Assembly (NCBI GenBank): GCA_041688415.1
Contig: JBDNIG010000318.1
Coordinates: 1 to 47,059, forward strand
Reading direction: 5' to 3'
DNA from: Rhodopirellula sp.
GTDB lineage: Bacteria > Planctomycetota > Planctomycetia > Pirellulales > Pirellulaceae
DNA length: 47,059 nucleotides
Shown: one piece after another, positions 1 to 8,198 of the stretch
How positions within the stretch are numbered: the first letter of the stretch is position 1
Layout of the letters: the number at the start of each line of letters is the position of its first letter
The notes under the pieces: generated by a model
Seen by the model: only the letters and a program-made list of their open reading frames with translations
Told to the model about the DNA's origin: nothing
Databases searched by the model: none
Made by a program: the position numbers and the translations under genes

Positions 1-190
1 ATCCGGGCAAGATCACGTGAGTCGCGGTGGACGGAACGTCGAGGTGCCGTGTCAACCATTTCGGAGTAATCAGCGCAGCCACGGTAATCGGCGTCACCTG
101 AACGGAGTGAGCAAACCCATGTCGCGCCGCCGCCTCCCCCGCCGCACCGCGCAGAGCAATCTCAGCAAGTCGTCCGGTGACGAAATGCAA
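1..190 (-). CDS. DUF6513 / dihydropteroate synthase-like protein (Orf20-like, methanopterin pathway), 5' part; runs off window
   Basis: Manual minus-strand translation (not in ORF track): LHFVTGRLAEIALRGAAGEAAARHGFAHSVQVTPITVAALITPKWLTRHLDVPSTATHVILPG, matching the HFVTGRLAE...VAAL...PG N-terminus of this family. TTG start at 190 is tentative. Confidence 0.55.
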   Translation of the reverse strand, partial: MHFVTGRLAEIALRGAAGEAAARHGFAHSVQVTPITVAALITPKWLTRHLDVPSTATHVILPG

Positions 191-218
191 ATGGGAATCG
201 GAGAGGGGACAAGAGAGA

Positions 219-357
219 GGGTTCAGGATTCCGGGTTCCGGGTTCAGGGGGGCGGACGCGACCGAGCCTGCCGCCTAAGATAACCGCTATCGACTCACGT
301 GATTAGCACGCTCCCACTCTCCCGCTCTCCCGCTCTCCCCCGCTCCCACTCTCTGCT
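219..357. repeat. Short tandem repeats in divergent intergenic region (7-mer GGGTTCM at 219-250; 8-mer CTCCCRCT at 311-357)
   Basis: Read directly: gggttca ggattcc gggttcc gggttca; ctcccact ctcccgct ctcccgct ctcccccg ctcccact. Confidence 0.7.
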
Positions 358-359
358 CA

Positions 360-1223
360 ATGCTTGCTTCGGTTGGAAAATATTTGTGCGGTGATTCTCA
401 GCCGCTGCTTTTGATCGCGGGCCCGTGTGTCCTGCAGACCAGCGAGATCGCGCTGGAAATCGGTGAGACGCTGGCCCGACTCAACGAGCGTGCGGATGTC
501 AACGTGGTTTTCAAGGCTTCGTTTGACAAAGCCAACCGCACGAGCCTGTCGGCCAAACGCGGTCCGGGCATCGAGGCTGGGTTGCGGTTGCTTGAGGCCG
601 TTGGCGCCGACAGCGGGTTACCCGTAACGACCGACATTCACCTACCCGGTCAAGCCGCAGCGGCCGCGGAGGTCTGTGAACTGCTGCAGATTCCAGCGTT
701 CCTGGCGCGGCAAACCGATTTATTGGTCGCCGCGGCCCAGACCGGACGCTGCGTCAACGTGAAGAAAGGGCAGTTCATGGCTCCATCGGACATGCGGTAC
801 GTGGTCGACAAATTGCGCGGCAGCGGTGCCGCCCAAGCAACGACAGACGAAGCGCGGGAACAAACCTCGGCGGGGCGAGTTTTGGTTTGCGAGCGAGGCA
901 CGTTTTTTGGCTACGGACGATTGGTCAATGACATGCAGTCGATCCCAGTCATGCGTTCCCTCGGCGTCCCCGTCGTCTTTGACGCCACCCACAGCGTGCA
1001 GCAACCCGGTGGCCTGGGCGGAGCGACCGGCGGAAATCGGGAAATGGTCGAACCTTTGGCTCGCGCAGCCGTAGCGATCGGATGCGATGCTCTGTTTTTT
1101 GAAACGCATCCGCAACCGGAGACTTCGCCGAGTGACGGGCCGAACATGATTCCACTGGATCGGTTTTCCGGAATGATCGACCGTTTGTTGCGACTGCGTG
1201 AGACCGTCGAAGAACTGGAATAA
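360..1223 (+). CDS. kdsA: 3-deoxy-D-manno-octulosonate 8-phosphate synthase (metal-dependent type)
   Basis: Motifs [59 protein letters not shown]. The Cys in AGPC is the metal ligand of the metal-dependent class. Confidence 0.96.
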   Translation: MLASVGKYLCGDSQPLLLIAGPCVLQTSEIALEIGETLARLNERADVNVVFKASFDKANRTSLSAKRGPGIEAGLRLLEAVGADSGLPVTTDIHLPGQAAAAAEVCELLQIPAFLARQTDLLVAAAQTGRCVNVKKGQFMAPSDMRYVVDKLRGSGAAQATTDEAREQTSAGRVLVCERGTFFGYGRLVNDMQSIPVMRSLGVPVVFDATHSVQQPGGLGGATGGNREMVEPLARAAVAIGCDALFFETHPQPETSPSDGPNMIPLDRFSGMIDRLLRLRETVEELE

Positions 1224-1235
1224 CCTCACCATCTC

Positions 1236-1454
1236 GTAGCTACGCTTGCCTAAGGACCATTCGATGAATAACTGTCGTAGCGAAACTCGCCAAGAGTTTC
1301 GGCCACCCAACAATTCGAAAGTCTTGGCGACTTTCGCTACGACCAAATCGGACACTTAAAGACCGAACGGTCCTAAGTGTGCCCGAAGCGTTCGTAGTGG
1401 CCTGAGTTGACAACCTTTTCACAGCTTCATCCACCGTCTCGCGACGGTAGCTAC
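1236..1454. repeat. Nested GTAG-type REP/REPIN-like palindromic elements
   Basis: Inner inverted pair 1274-1301 / 1316-1343 (gtcgtagcgaaactcgccaagagtttcg / cgaaagtcttggcgactttcgctacgac, 2 mismatches). Outer GTAGCTAC-ended halves at 1236-1250 and 1431-1454. Confidence 0.8.
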
Positions 1455-1520
1455 CTCTCCCCAACTACGCGGTATTGGACTTGCGCCCGACTGCTACCTT
1501 TGACCTTGTTTAGCGTGCTG

Positions 1521-3392
1521 ATGCGATCGACCGTTTCCTCATCCTGCGTGATCTTCGTAGCGTGTCTCGTCACTGTTTGCCTGACCGGTTGCTCCGACGA
1601 TTCGAAAGAAATGCAGCGCATCATGGCGCAGCGTCAAGTTGCCGCGCAGAAACAGACGCAGCAGGACCATTTGGGAGAGACCGTCTCGCTGCTTGACCAC
1701 TTCGTTGAGCTGAACGAGGACCGCGCACGTCAACAGATCGCCTACCACCTCAATCAATGGTTGCGCGCCAACCCAGGTCAACAGGCAGCGGCAAACATCG
1801 ATCCGTCCACGGTTCCCAAGATCGCCAAGACGCTCGATGCTTTGATCGATCCCGAAACGCTCGCCGATGCGGTGTTGCGATCGGACTTTACCATCGACGA
1901 CGTGCCAGCGCTGCGGGACGCCAATCTGTACCGGCATGTCATCGCATGGGTCGACACCCCACTGCGAGATGATCCGATCAATCGGGCATGGTTAGTCGGA
2001 TTGCGAACCGCGGCGAGCGAACGGGAACGAAGCTCGTCCGGCGGCGAACCAGCACAACGGGACGATGGGGCAAACCTGACGCTTACGGTGAGCCAGGTCA
2101 ACAAACTGCAGACCGCGATGAGATTGTTTGACTGGACAATCCGCAACATCGCACTCGAGCCGGACCAAATGTCGGTGCCGCCGCAGTTGCCCGTGCCCGC
2201 GATGCCGCCAGGAATGCCATTGGAGGGTCCCGGCTATCGTCAAACCGATTATCAAACATTGTGGCGAGGACGCGGCGATTGGTTGCAACGATGCGGTGTG
2301 TTCACCCAGTTGTGCTTGCAAGCGGGAATTCCCTCAGCGGTACTTGCCACGCAATCCGACGCCACGGGCGCACGCACTCCTTGGTCGGTGGGGGTGCTCG
2401 TCGGAAAGCATATTTTCTTGTTCGAACCTCGCCTCGGTCTACCAATTCCCGGACCTGATCAAACGGGCGTCGCGACGTTGGCCCAGGCTCGCAATGATCC
2501 TACGGTGATGCGGCGACTCAACGTGGCGGGATACTTTGACTATCCGTTGTCACGCTCGGATGTCTCACAAAACGTGGCGCTTTTGAATCTACGACCCGAG
2601 ACCCTCTCAAGCCGGATGAAGAAGCTTGAGTCCGGATTGACGGGCGACCGCCGCATGGTGCTGTGGGTCGACGCTGAGACTTGGGCGAAACGGTTCGATG
2701 CGGTGCCCGGAATTGCGGGCGTGCGAATTTGGGAGATGCCCACCCTGGCGGAACTTTACGCTCGGGCGATGGAAATGATGGCCGAACGAGATCCCTCGTT
2801 CGCGTTCTGGTTTCGTTCGCGATTTGCGATGTTGGACTCCTCCGGAACCCGAGACAATAAGCTTGCCCTGGCGCGTTGGCGGCATCTGATCGGTCAGTTC
2901 GTCGACGATGAGGTCGCCGGTATCGAGGGTGCACGTTCGCTTTACCTCGAACAGCGCGCACCCGAATACGAGATCGATGACTTGCGGATCAACGTGGAAC
3001 TGCAGAAACAGTATGGATTGCGCCGCCAACTTGGCATGGACTCCGCCGAGTATGATGCTCAACTGCAACAGATGCAGACGTTCATGCGATTGGGCAAACG
3101 CACCGCCACCTACTGGCTGGCGCTATTGCAATATGACGATGGACGTTTTGAAACAGCCTATAACTGGTTCACCAAACGCGTCCTCGATAGTCAACAGCGC
3201 TCCGACTGGACCGACGCAGCCGTCTACAACGCCGCGAGGGCCAGCGAAGCCGAAGGTGACATTGCCGACGCCATCGAAAGATTGAAGACGGATCAAAGCG
3301 TCTCCAATTTTGGCAATCGGTTGCGAGCTCGGCTGTTGGACAAAATTGCACCGACTGAAAATCATCCCAACGAGAATCAACCGGGCCCGTGA
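1521..3392 (+). CDS. Lipoprotein with transglutaminase-like core and C-terminal TPR-like region
   Basis: Lipobox LTGC after a hydrophobic stretch; GRGDWLQRCGVFTQLCLQAGIPS resembles the TGase-like core; TPR-like helices ATYWLALLQYDDGRFETA and AVYNAARASEAEGDIADA. ATG 1521 preferred over TTG 1407, which lies in the repeat. Confidence 0.7.
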   Translation: MRSTVSSSCVIFVACLVTVCLTGCSDDSKEMQRIMAQRQVAAQKQTQQDHLGETVSLLDHFVELNEDRARQQIAYHLNQWLRANPGQQAAANIDPSTVPKIAKTLDALIDPETLADAVLRSDFTIDDVPALRDANLYRHVIAWVDTPLRDDPINRAWLVGLRTAASERERSSSGGEPAQRDDGANLTLTVSQVNKLQTAMRLFDWTIRNIALEPDQMSVPPQLPVPAMPPGMPLEGPGYRQTDYQTLWRGRGDWLQRCGVFTQLCLQAGIPSAVLATQSDATGARTPWSVGVLVGKHIFLFEPRLGLPIPGPDQTGVATLAQARNDPTVMRRLNVAGYFDYPLSRSDVSQNVALLNLRPETLSSRMKKLESGLTGDRRMVLWVDAETWAKRFDAVPGIAGVRIWEMPTLAELYARAMEMMAERDPSFAFWFRSRFAMLDSSGTRDNKLALARWRHLIGQFVDDEVAGIEGARSLYLEQRAPEYEIDDLRINVELQKQYGLRRQLGMDSAEYDAQLQQMQTFMRLGKRTATYWLALLQYDDGRFETAYNWFTKRVLDSQQRSDWTDAAVYNAARASEAEGDIADAIERLKTDQSVSNFGNRLRARLLDKIAPTENHPNENQPGP

Positions 3393-3404
3393 GCCGGTTC
3401 GCAC

Positions 3405-4181
3405 ATGACTCTCCACCTATTTGATACCCACGCGCACTTGAACTCGGACGCATTCGAAGGCGTTGTTGACGACGTGGTGGCGCGCGCCCGAGCAATCGGC
3501 GTGCGCGGCATCGCCGTGATCGGGATCGACGCGGCGACCAGTCGCCGGGCCTGCGAACTCGCCGCGACACACCCCGGATACTTGCGCGCCGTCGTGGGGA
3601 TTCAGCCGAACTCAGCGGCCGAAGCCGCGCCGGGCGACTTTGCCGTTATCGAAGAACTCGTCCAGCGACCGGGTGTCGTCGGCGTCGGTGAGACGGGACT
3701 CGATTGCTACTGGGACGACACGCCGATCGCGTTGCAGCATGAGTATTTCCAGCAGCACTTGGATTTGGCAGTCCGCGTGGATCTGCCCGTCGTCATCCAC
3801 ATGCGCCAGAGCGCCGAACTGATCATCGCTCAACTCCGTGAACAGTCGCAGCTACCCGCCGCGGTGATGCATTCCTTCACGGGTAACATCGACGAGGTGC
3901 GGCAGTGCCTCGACTTGGGGCTGATGATCAGTTTCGCCGGCATGGTGACTTTCAAAAAGAGCGAGGAACTGCGGGAAGTTGCCGCGTTCGTTCCCGCCGA
4001 TCGGCTGCTCGTGGAAACCGATTCTCCGTATCTATCGCCCGAACCGCTGCGGGGCCGACGCCCCAACGAGCCCGCCCGAGTCGAACACACCCTGCGTTGC
4101 TTGGCGGGCGTGCGCGGTTCAAGTGCAGAACACTTGGCGGATGTGACGAGCGAAAACGCCTTGCGTTTTTTCAAGCTGTAG
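3405..4181 (+). CDS. TatD family metal-dependent hydrolase/DNase
   Basis: Motifs DTHAHL, GETGLD, VVIH, HSFTG, ETDSPYL. Confidence 0.93.
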   Translation: MTLHLFDTHAHLNSDAFEGVVDDVVARARAIGVRGIAVIGIDAATSRRACELAATHPGYLRAVVGIQPNSAAEAAPGDFAVIEELVQRPGVVGVGETGLDCYWDDTPIALQHEYFQQHLDLAVRVDLPVVIHMRQSAELIIAQLREQSQLPAAVMHSFTGNIDEVRQCLDLGLMISFAGMVTFKKSEELREVAAFVPADRLLVETDSPYLSPEPLRGRRPNEPARVEHTLRCLAGVRGSSAEHLADVTSENALRFFKL

Positions 4182-4188
4182 AGATTGG

Positions 4189-4710
4189 ATGATGCAGCGA
4201 GCCCAAAAAATTCTGCGCGAGTATTTCGGATACGAATCATTCCGTGCCCGGCAGGCAGAAATTATCGACCACGTCACCGCTGGCCGTCATGCGATGGTCG
4301 TGATGCCGACCGGCGGCGGCAAGTCGTTGTGTTTCCAAGTACCCGCGTTGATGACGACGCCCGGCGATGGTGATTTGACGCTCGTCCTATCACCCCTAGT
4401 GGCGTTGATGCAGGACCAAGTCAATGCGCTGCGATCTCGCGGCGTCGATGCGACCTTGATCAATTCCTCGTTGGACCGCACCGCGCGTTTGCATCGCCAG
4501 CAGGAGTTGACCGACGGCAAATATCGACTGCTCTACGTCACCCCAGAACGATTCCGCAAAGCTGAGTTCCTCGACGTGATCGGGACGCGAAACGTCCAGT
4601 TGTTGGCGATCGACGAGGCGCACTGCGTCAGCCAGTGGGGACATGATTTTCGTCCCGACTACAGCCGCATTGCTGAGATTCGCGAACACAAGTATTTCAT
4701 GGGCGATTGA
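4189..4710 (+). pseudogene. recQ: 3'-truncated RecQ family helicase
   Basis: FGYESFR.Q, Walker A MPTGGGKSLCFQ, SPLVALMQDQV, YVTPER, DEAHCVSQWGHDFRPDY. The ORF stops at 173 aa, before motif III. Confidence 0.85.
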
Positions 4711-4951
4711 CAATTTGGTTCCTCCGCACGCTGGAAGTAAAGCCAAGCTTTCAAAATGCGAGGCCGACTTCGAAAAGCTCGTGTTTCTATCGAAAATCCA
4801 GTGACTTCCAGTGTCAAAAGCGATTGCACGATTCGTTTCACCCACAGATTCGGCGAATGAGGCTTTCGTTTGCTCAGATCATCGATAGCATGACTGTTTC
4901 GGTTACAGGCTGTTTCACGTGCTGTGTTGTCAAACCACGACTGGTTCATCG

Positions 4952-5758
4952 ATGAGCAATTTTATCTGCAAGACCTGCGGGACTCAATTTTCCGCGAGCG
5001 ATCAGCCGCCGAAAGAATGTTGTATTTGCATCGACGAGCGTCAGTACGTCGGCTGGCATGGTCAGCAGTGGACGACGCTTAGCGGGCTAGATGAATCGCA
5101 TCGTACCGTCGTGCGACTTCAAGAGACTGGTTTGTACGGCATAGGTGTTGAGCCATCCTTTGCCATCGGTCAACGAGCATTGCTGATCACGCGGCCAGAC
5201 GGGAATGTGCTCTGGGACTGCATCTCACTGATCGATGACGCTCTGGTGGAGATGATTAAAGGGATCGGCGGTATTTCCGCGATCGCGATCAGTCACCCGC
5301 ACTACTATGCGAGCATGGTTCCATGGAGCCAAGCATTCGATTGCCCGATCTATTTGCACGCTGCGGATCGCGAGTGGGTGATGCGTCCCGATCGGCGCAT
5401 CGAATTTTGGGATGGCGAAACGAAGCAGCTCGGCGATGACCTAACCCTAATCCGCTGTGGCGGTCATTTCGAAGGTGGCACCGTGCTGCACTGGACCGAC
5501 GGCGCGGGCGGCAACGGCGCGATGCTGAGCGGCGATATTCTGCAAGTCGTTCAGGACCGACGCTGGGTCAGCTTCATGTACTCGTACCCCAATCTGATCC
5601 CACTCCCGGCATCAACCGTTCAAGGAATCGTGAAATCCGTCGAGCCATTCCATTTTGAACGCATCTACGGCGCTTGGTGGGGCCGAGTCATCAAGACGGA
5701 CGCGAAAGCCGCCGTCGACCGATCAGCCGACCGGTACATCCGGGCGATTCAAAACTGA
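4952..5758 (+). CDS. MBL-fold metallo-hydrolase with N-terminal Cys-rich (Zn-ribbon-like) segment
   Basis: ICKTCGTQ...C.IC.DERQYV; SHPHYY; GGHFEG; GDIL; SFMYSYPN. Confidence 0.88.
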   Translation: MSNFICKTCGTQFSASDQPPKECCICIDERQYVGWHGQQWTTLSGLDESHRTVVRLQETGLYGIGVEPSFAIGQRALLITRPDGNVLWDCISLIDDALVEMIKGIGGISAIAISHPHYYASMVPWSQAFDCPIYLHAADREWVMRPDRRIEFWDGETKQLGDDLTLIRCGGHFEGGTVLHWTDGAGGNGAMLSGDILQVVQDRRWVSFMYSYPNLIPLPASTVQGIVKSVEPFHFERIYGAWWGRVIKTDAKAAVDRSADRYIRAIQN

Positions 5759-5897
5759 ACTGTCTCCGCTTTTCAATTCGGCGTTTCCAATGTTTGTCGG
5801 GCCATCGTGATCAGCGGGAACAGGCAAAACGAACACCGCTTTCCAAGCTCAACCGTCGCCCGCAACTGCGAAAGATCCCACGTCGTCCTGACTAAGA

Positions 5898-6326
5898 CTA
5901 TTCGGGATTGATCTTTTCTAACTCGTCCATGATTGGAACTGGTCGCCGTTTGTCGCCGGTTGCTTCAATGGCAACGTAAGTGACCTCGGCTTCCGTGAGC
6001 TTTTCGATCTGCCCCTCTCGTTCAGATTCCACGTCAACGTGCATCGTGATAGACGTTGTTCCCACTCGAACGAGCGTTGTCCAGAAACTCAGTACATCGC
6101 CGACAAAAACCGGTCGGTGAAATGCAACGCTTTTCATCCCCACGGTGACAATCGGCCTTCTCCCATACCCCCCTTTCCTGATTTCCTGGTACGCACCAAC
6201 GGCACCAGCTTGGTCGATGTAACTCAGGATGACGCCGCCAAAGATGGTGCCATGTGGGTTCGTATCCCTGGGCATCATCACGACTTTGATTGCCATGTGT
6301 CGCTGTTTGGTCGAGTGGTCGATCAT
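5898..6326 (-). CDS. Acyl-CoA thioesterase (hot-dog fold, YciA-like)
   Basis: MMPRDTNPHGTIFGGVILSYIDQAG; F.RPVFVGD; VGTTS; TEAEVTYVA. Confidence 0.92.
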   Translation of the reverse strand: MIDHSTKQRHMAIKVVMMPRDTNPHGTIFGGVILSYIDQAGAVGAYQEIRKGGYGRRPIVTVGMKSVAFHRPVFVGDVLSFWTTLVRVGTTSITMHVDVESEREGQIEKLTEAEVTYVAIEATGDKRRPVPIMDELEKINPE

Positions 6327-6355
6327 TGGTTCTCGTCAGTCGGATTGCTTACGGA

Positions 6356-6645
6356 TTAGTGGTACTTCTCTTTGAGCCACATTAACTGAGATGAAGTCAC
6401 TTCGATCAACTTCTCAGCAGCGACTTTGAAATCGTTGTTTCCTTCGACCCATTCGTCCGGCTCGAACAACACGAACTGAAGGGCAGTCATCATCACCAGT
6501 CGTTGAAGTTCCTCTGGCCGAGCGTTCTTGAACTTGGCTGACCCGAACGGTGAAGATCGCCATCTACGATAATGATGATCCGGTATCCAGCATCGAGACG
6601 GTGACTGTCGATAGCGGTTAGGAATTGAGCCACTTTCGCGGTCAT
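6356..6645 (-). pseudogene. Possible small frameshifted gene of unknown function
   Basis: ATG 6645 gives MTAKVAQFLTAIDSHRLDAGYRIIIIVDGD...; a second frame gives FGSAKFKNARPEELQRLVMMTALQFVLFEPDEWVEG...KEKYH* ending at 6356. No family recognised. Confidence 0.3.
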
Positions 6646-6704
6646 GGATATCGTCAATAATTAAATCGACGTCGCGAGAGACTCGGCGACTTATCCGCAA
6701 AGCA

Positions 6705-8198
6705 TCATGGGTTCTGCTGGGTAGCCAGTTTTCGGAAGTAGGCTTCGATGGCTTCGCGGTAGTGCGTGGGCAAATCGCGACTGATCTGTTGCAGCGACTC
6801 TTGGCGCTCGGCGGGCGGCAGGTTGCCCCAGCTATTTTTATCGTCGGTATTCTTGCGGTCGACATCGCCTTGGCCGTTGGCACCGGCGATCTGGCTATCC
6901 TGCATCGGCTGGGACTGACCCGACTTGGGACTGCCACCTTGCTGGCCACCCTGTTGCTGTTGTTGTTGCTGTTGCTGCTGTTTTTCAACCTTGTCGATCA
7001 GCTTGGTGAGTTTGTCGATGACCTCTTGCTCGCGTTGCTGCGTCGGTTCGTCGGCGCGGCCCAAATCCAAACGCCGCGTCACGTCGGTCATCAAACGCGA
7101 AATCTCGTCGAGCGAGTCTTCTTTGAGCGGCTCGATATCGGCAATCATCATCTCGGCGATGCGTGAATATCGAACGGGAATGTCATCTTTGTGCTGCAGC
7201 AACGTCCGCAGGTCGGCGAGCGCCTCTTTGGTTTTCAGCAGCGAGTGGTAGCACACGGCTCGGTAAAACAGCAACGAAACGGCATCGGGGGAGATTGCCG
7301 GATCGACTTCGGCAAAGATTGGCAAGGCTTCGTCATAGTAGCGGGCGCGGACGAGTTCCCTGCCGATCCACGTCCTCAGGGCCGCACGTATTTCTGGTGG
7401 CAACGATTCCATGCTAGCGTAATCAGGACCGCTCGGGTCAAGACGCGGTGGTAGTTCGAGCAGTCGGTCCTGCGCACGCGTCAACATTTCGTTGACCGCA
7501 TTGATCTGCAGCGCGATCGCCACAACCCACGCCGTCAATGGTTCACTGTCGTCTTGTTGCATCTCGGTGAGGAACTGCTGAGCCGAACGCCCAATCTGCT
7601 CGGGCGGCGCACCGATCGTATCGAGCGAGCGGCGCAGCAACTGGGACATCGCCGCCGCATCGAGCGGTTGCCAATCGGCGTTCTTCTGCAACGCCTCATT
7701 GTCCACCGAACTCCTCGCCGGACTCAAGTTTTGATCATCCAACGGGGCGGCGTCGTGTTCGGGGATCAAGGACTCAGGCGGCAGGTAGGGTTCGGCGGGC
7801 GTCTCGTCAGTGTCCGGTGATTCCGTTGCGGGCGGTTTCGCGGTCGGCGGTGCCGCGGTCGGGTTCCCGGTCACCAACGGCGCCTCAATGACACCCAACC
7901 GATCTGGCGTTGCCGCCATCAGATGGTTCAGCTCGCTGCCAGCTACGAGTGATAGCACGCCCAGGGCCGCGGCGAATGCCGCAACGCAGGAGCAACGATT
8001 GACGGTGTGTTGACGTGGCGCATGCTTCCAGCTTGCGATTCGAGAAACGCAAGCTGGAAGCTTACGCCACTTGATGTCCCCACGTTCCTTGGGTGTGTAC
8101 TCGAATCCCATTTGGCATATCTCCAACATCCGGCGGGCGATCAAACAGTTTTTCTTCATAGTTCGCATCGATTTGTCTTTCCCGGCAAACGAGCTCAT
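6705..8198 (-). CDS. Exported TPR-like protein with Gln-rich linker; last gene of MoxR operon
   Basis: TPR-like LLFYRAVCYHSLLKTKEALADL; polyQ; C-terminal WGNLPPAERQ...LPTHYREAIEAYFRKL. ATGA overlap with the upstream gene at 8195-8198; the true start could be later. Confidence 0.75.
   Translation of the reverse strand: MSSFAGKDKSMRTMKKNCLIARRMLEICQMGFEYTPKERGDIKWRKLPACVSRIASWKHAPRQHTVNRCSCVAAFAAALGVLSLVAGSELNHLMAATPDRLGVIEAPLVTGNPTAAPPTAKPPATESPDTDETPAEPYLPPESLIPEHDAAPLDDQNLSPARSSVDNEALQKNADWQPLDAAAMSQLLRRSLDTIGAPPEQIGRSAQQFLTEMQQDDSEPLTAWVVAIALQINAVNEMLTRAQDRLLELPPRLDPSGPDYASMESLPPEIRAALRTWIGRELVRARYYDEALPIFAEVDPAISPDAVSLLFYRAVCYHSLLKTKEALADLRTLLQHKDDIPVRYSRIAEMMIADIEPLKEDSLDEISRLMTDVTRRLDLGRADEPTQQREQEVIDKLTKLIDKVEKQQQQQQQQQQGGQQGGSPKSGQSQPMQDSQIAGANGQGDVDRKNTDDKNSWGNLPPAERQESLQQISRDLPTHYREAIEAYFRKLATQQNP
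8015..8070. repeat. GTGG-type REPIN-like inverted repeat inside the 5' end of the ORF
   Basis: gtggcgcatgcttccagcttgcg (8015-8037) / cgcaagctggaagcttacgccac (8048-8070), 2 mismatches. Confidence 0.8.

Noticed and set aside
17-283. 88-aa plus-strand ORF
   Set aside because: It lies antisense to the DUF6513-like frame and runs through tandem repeats.
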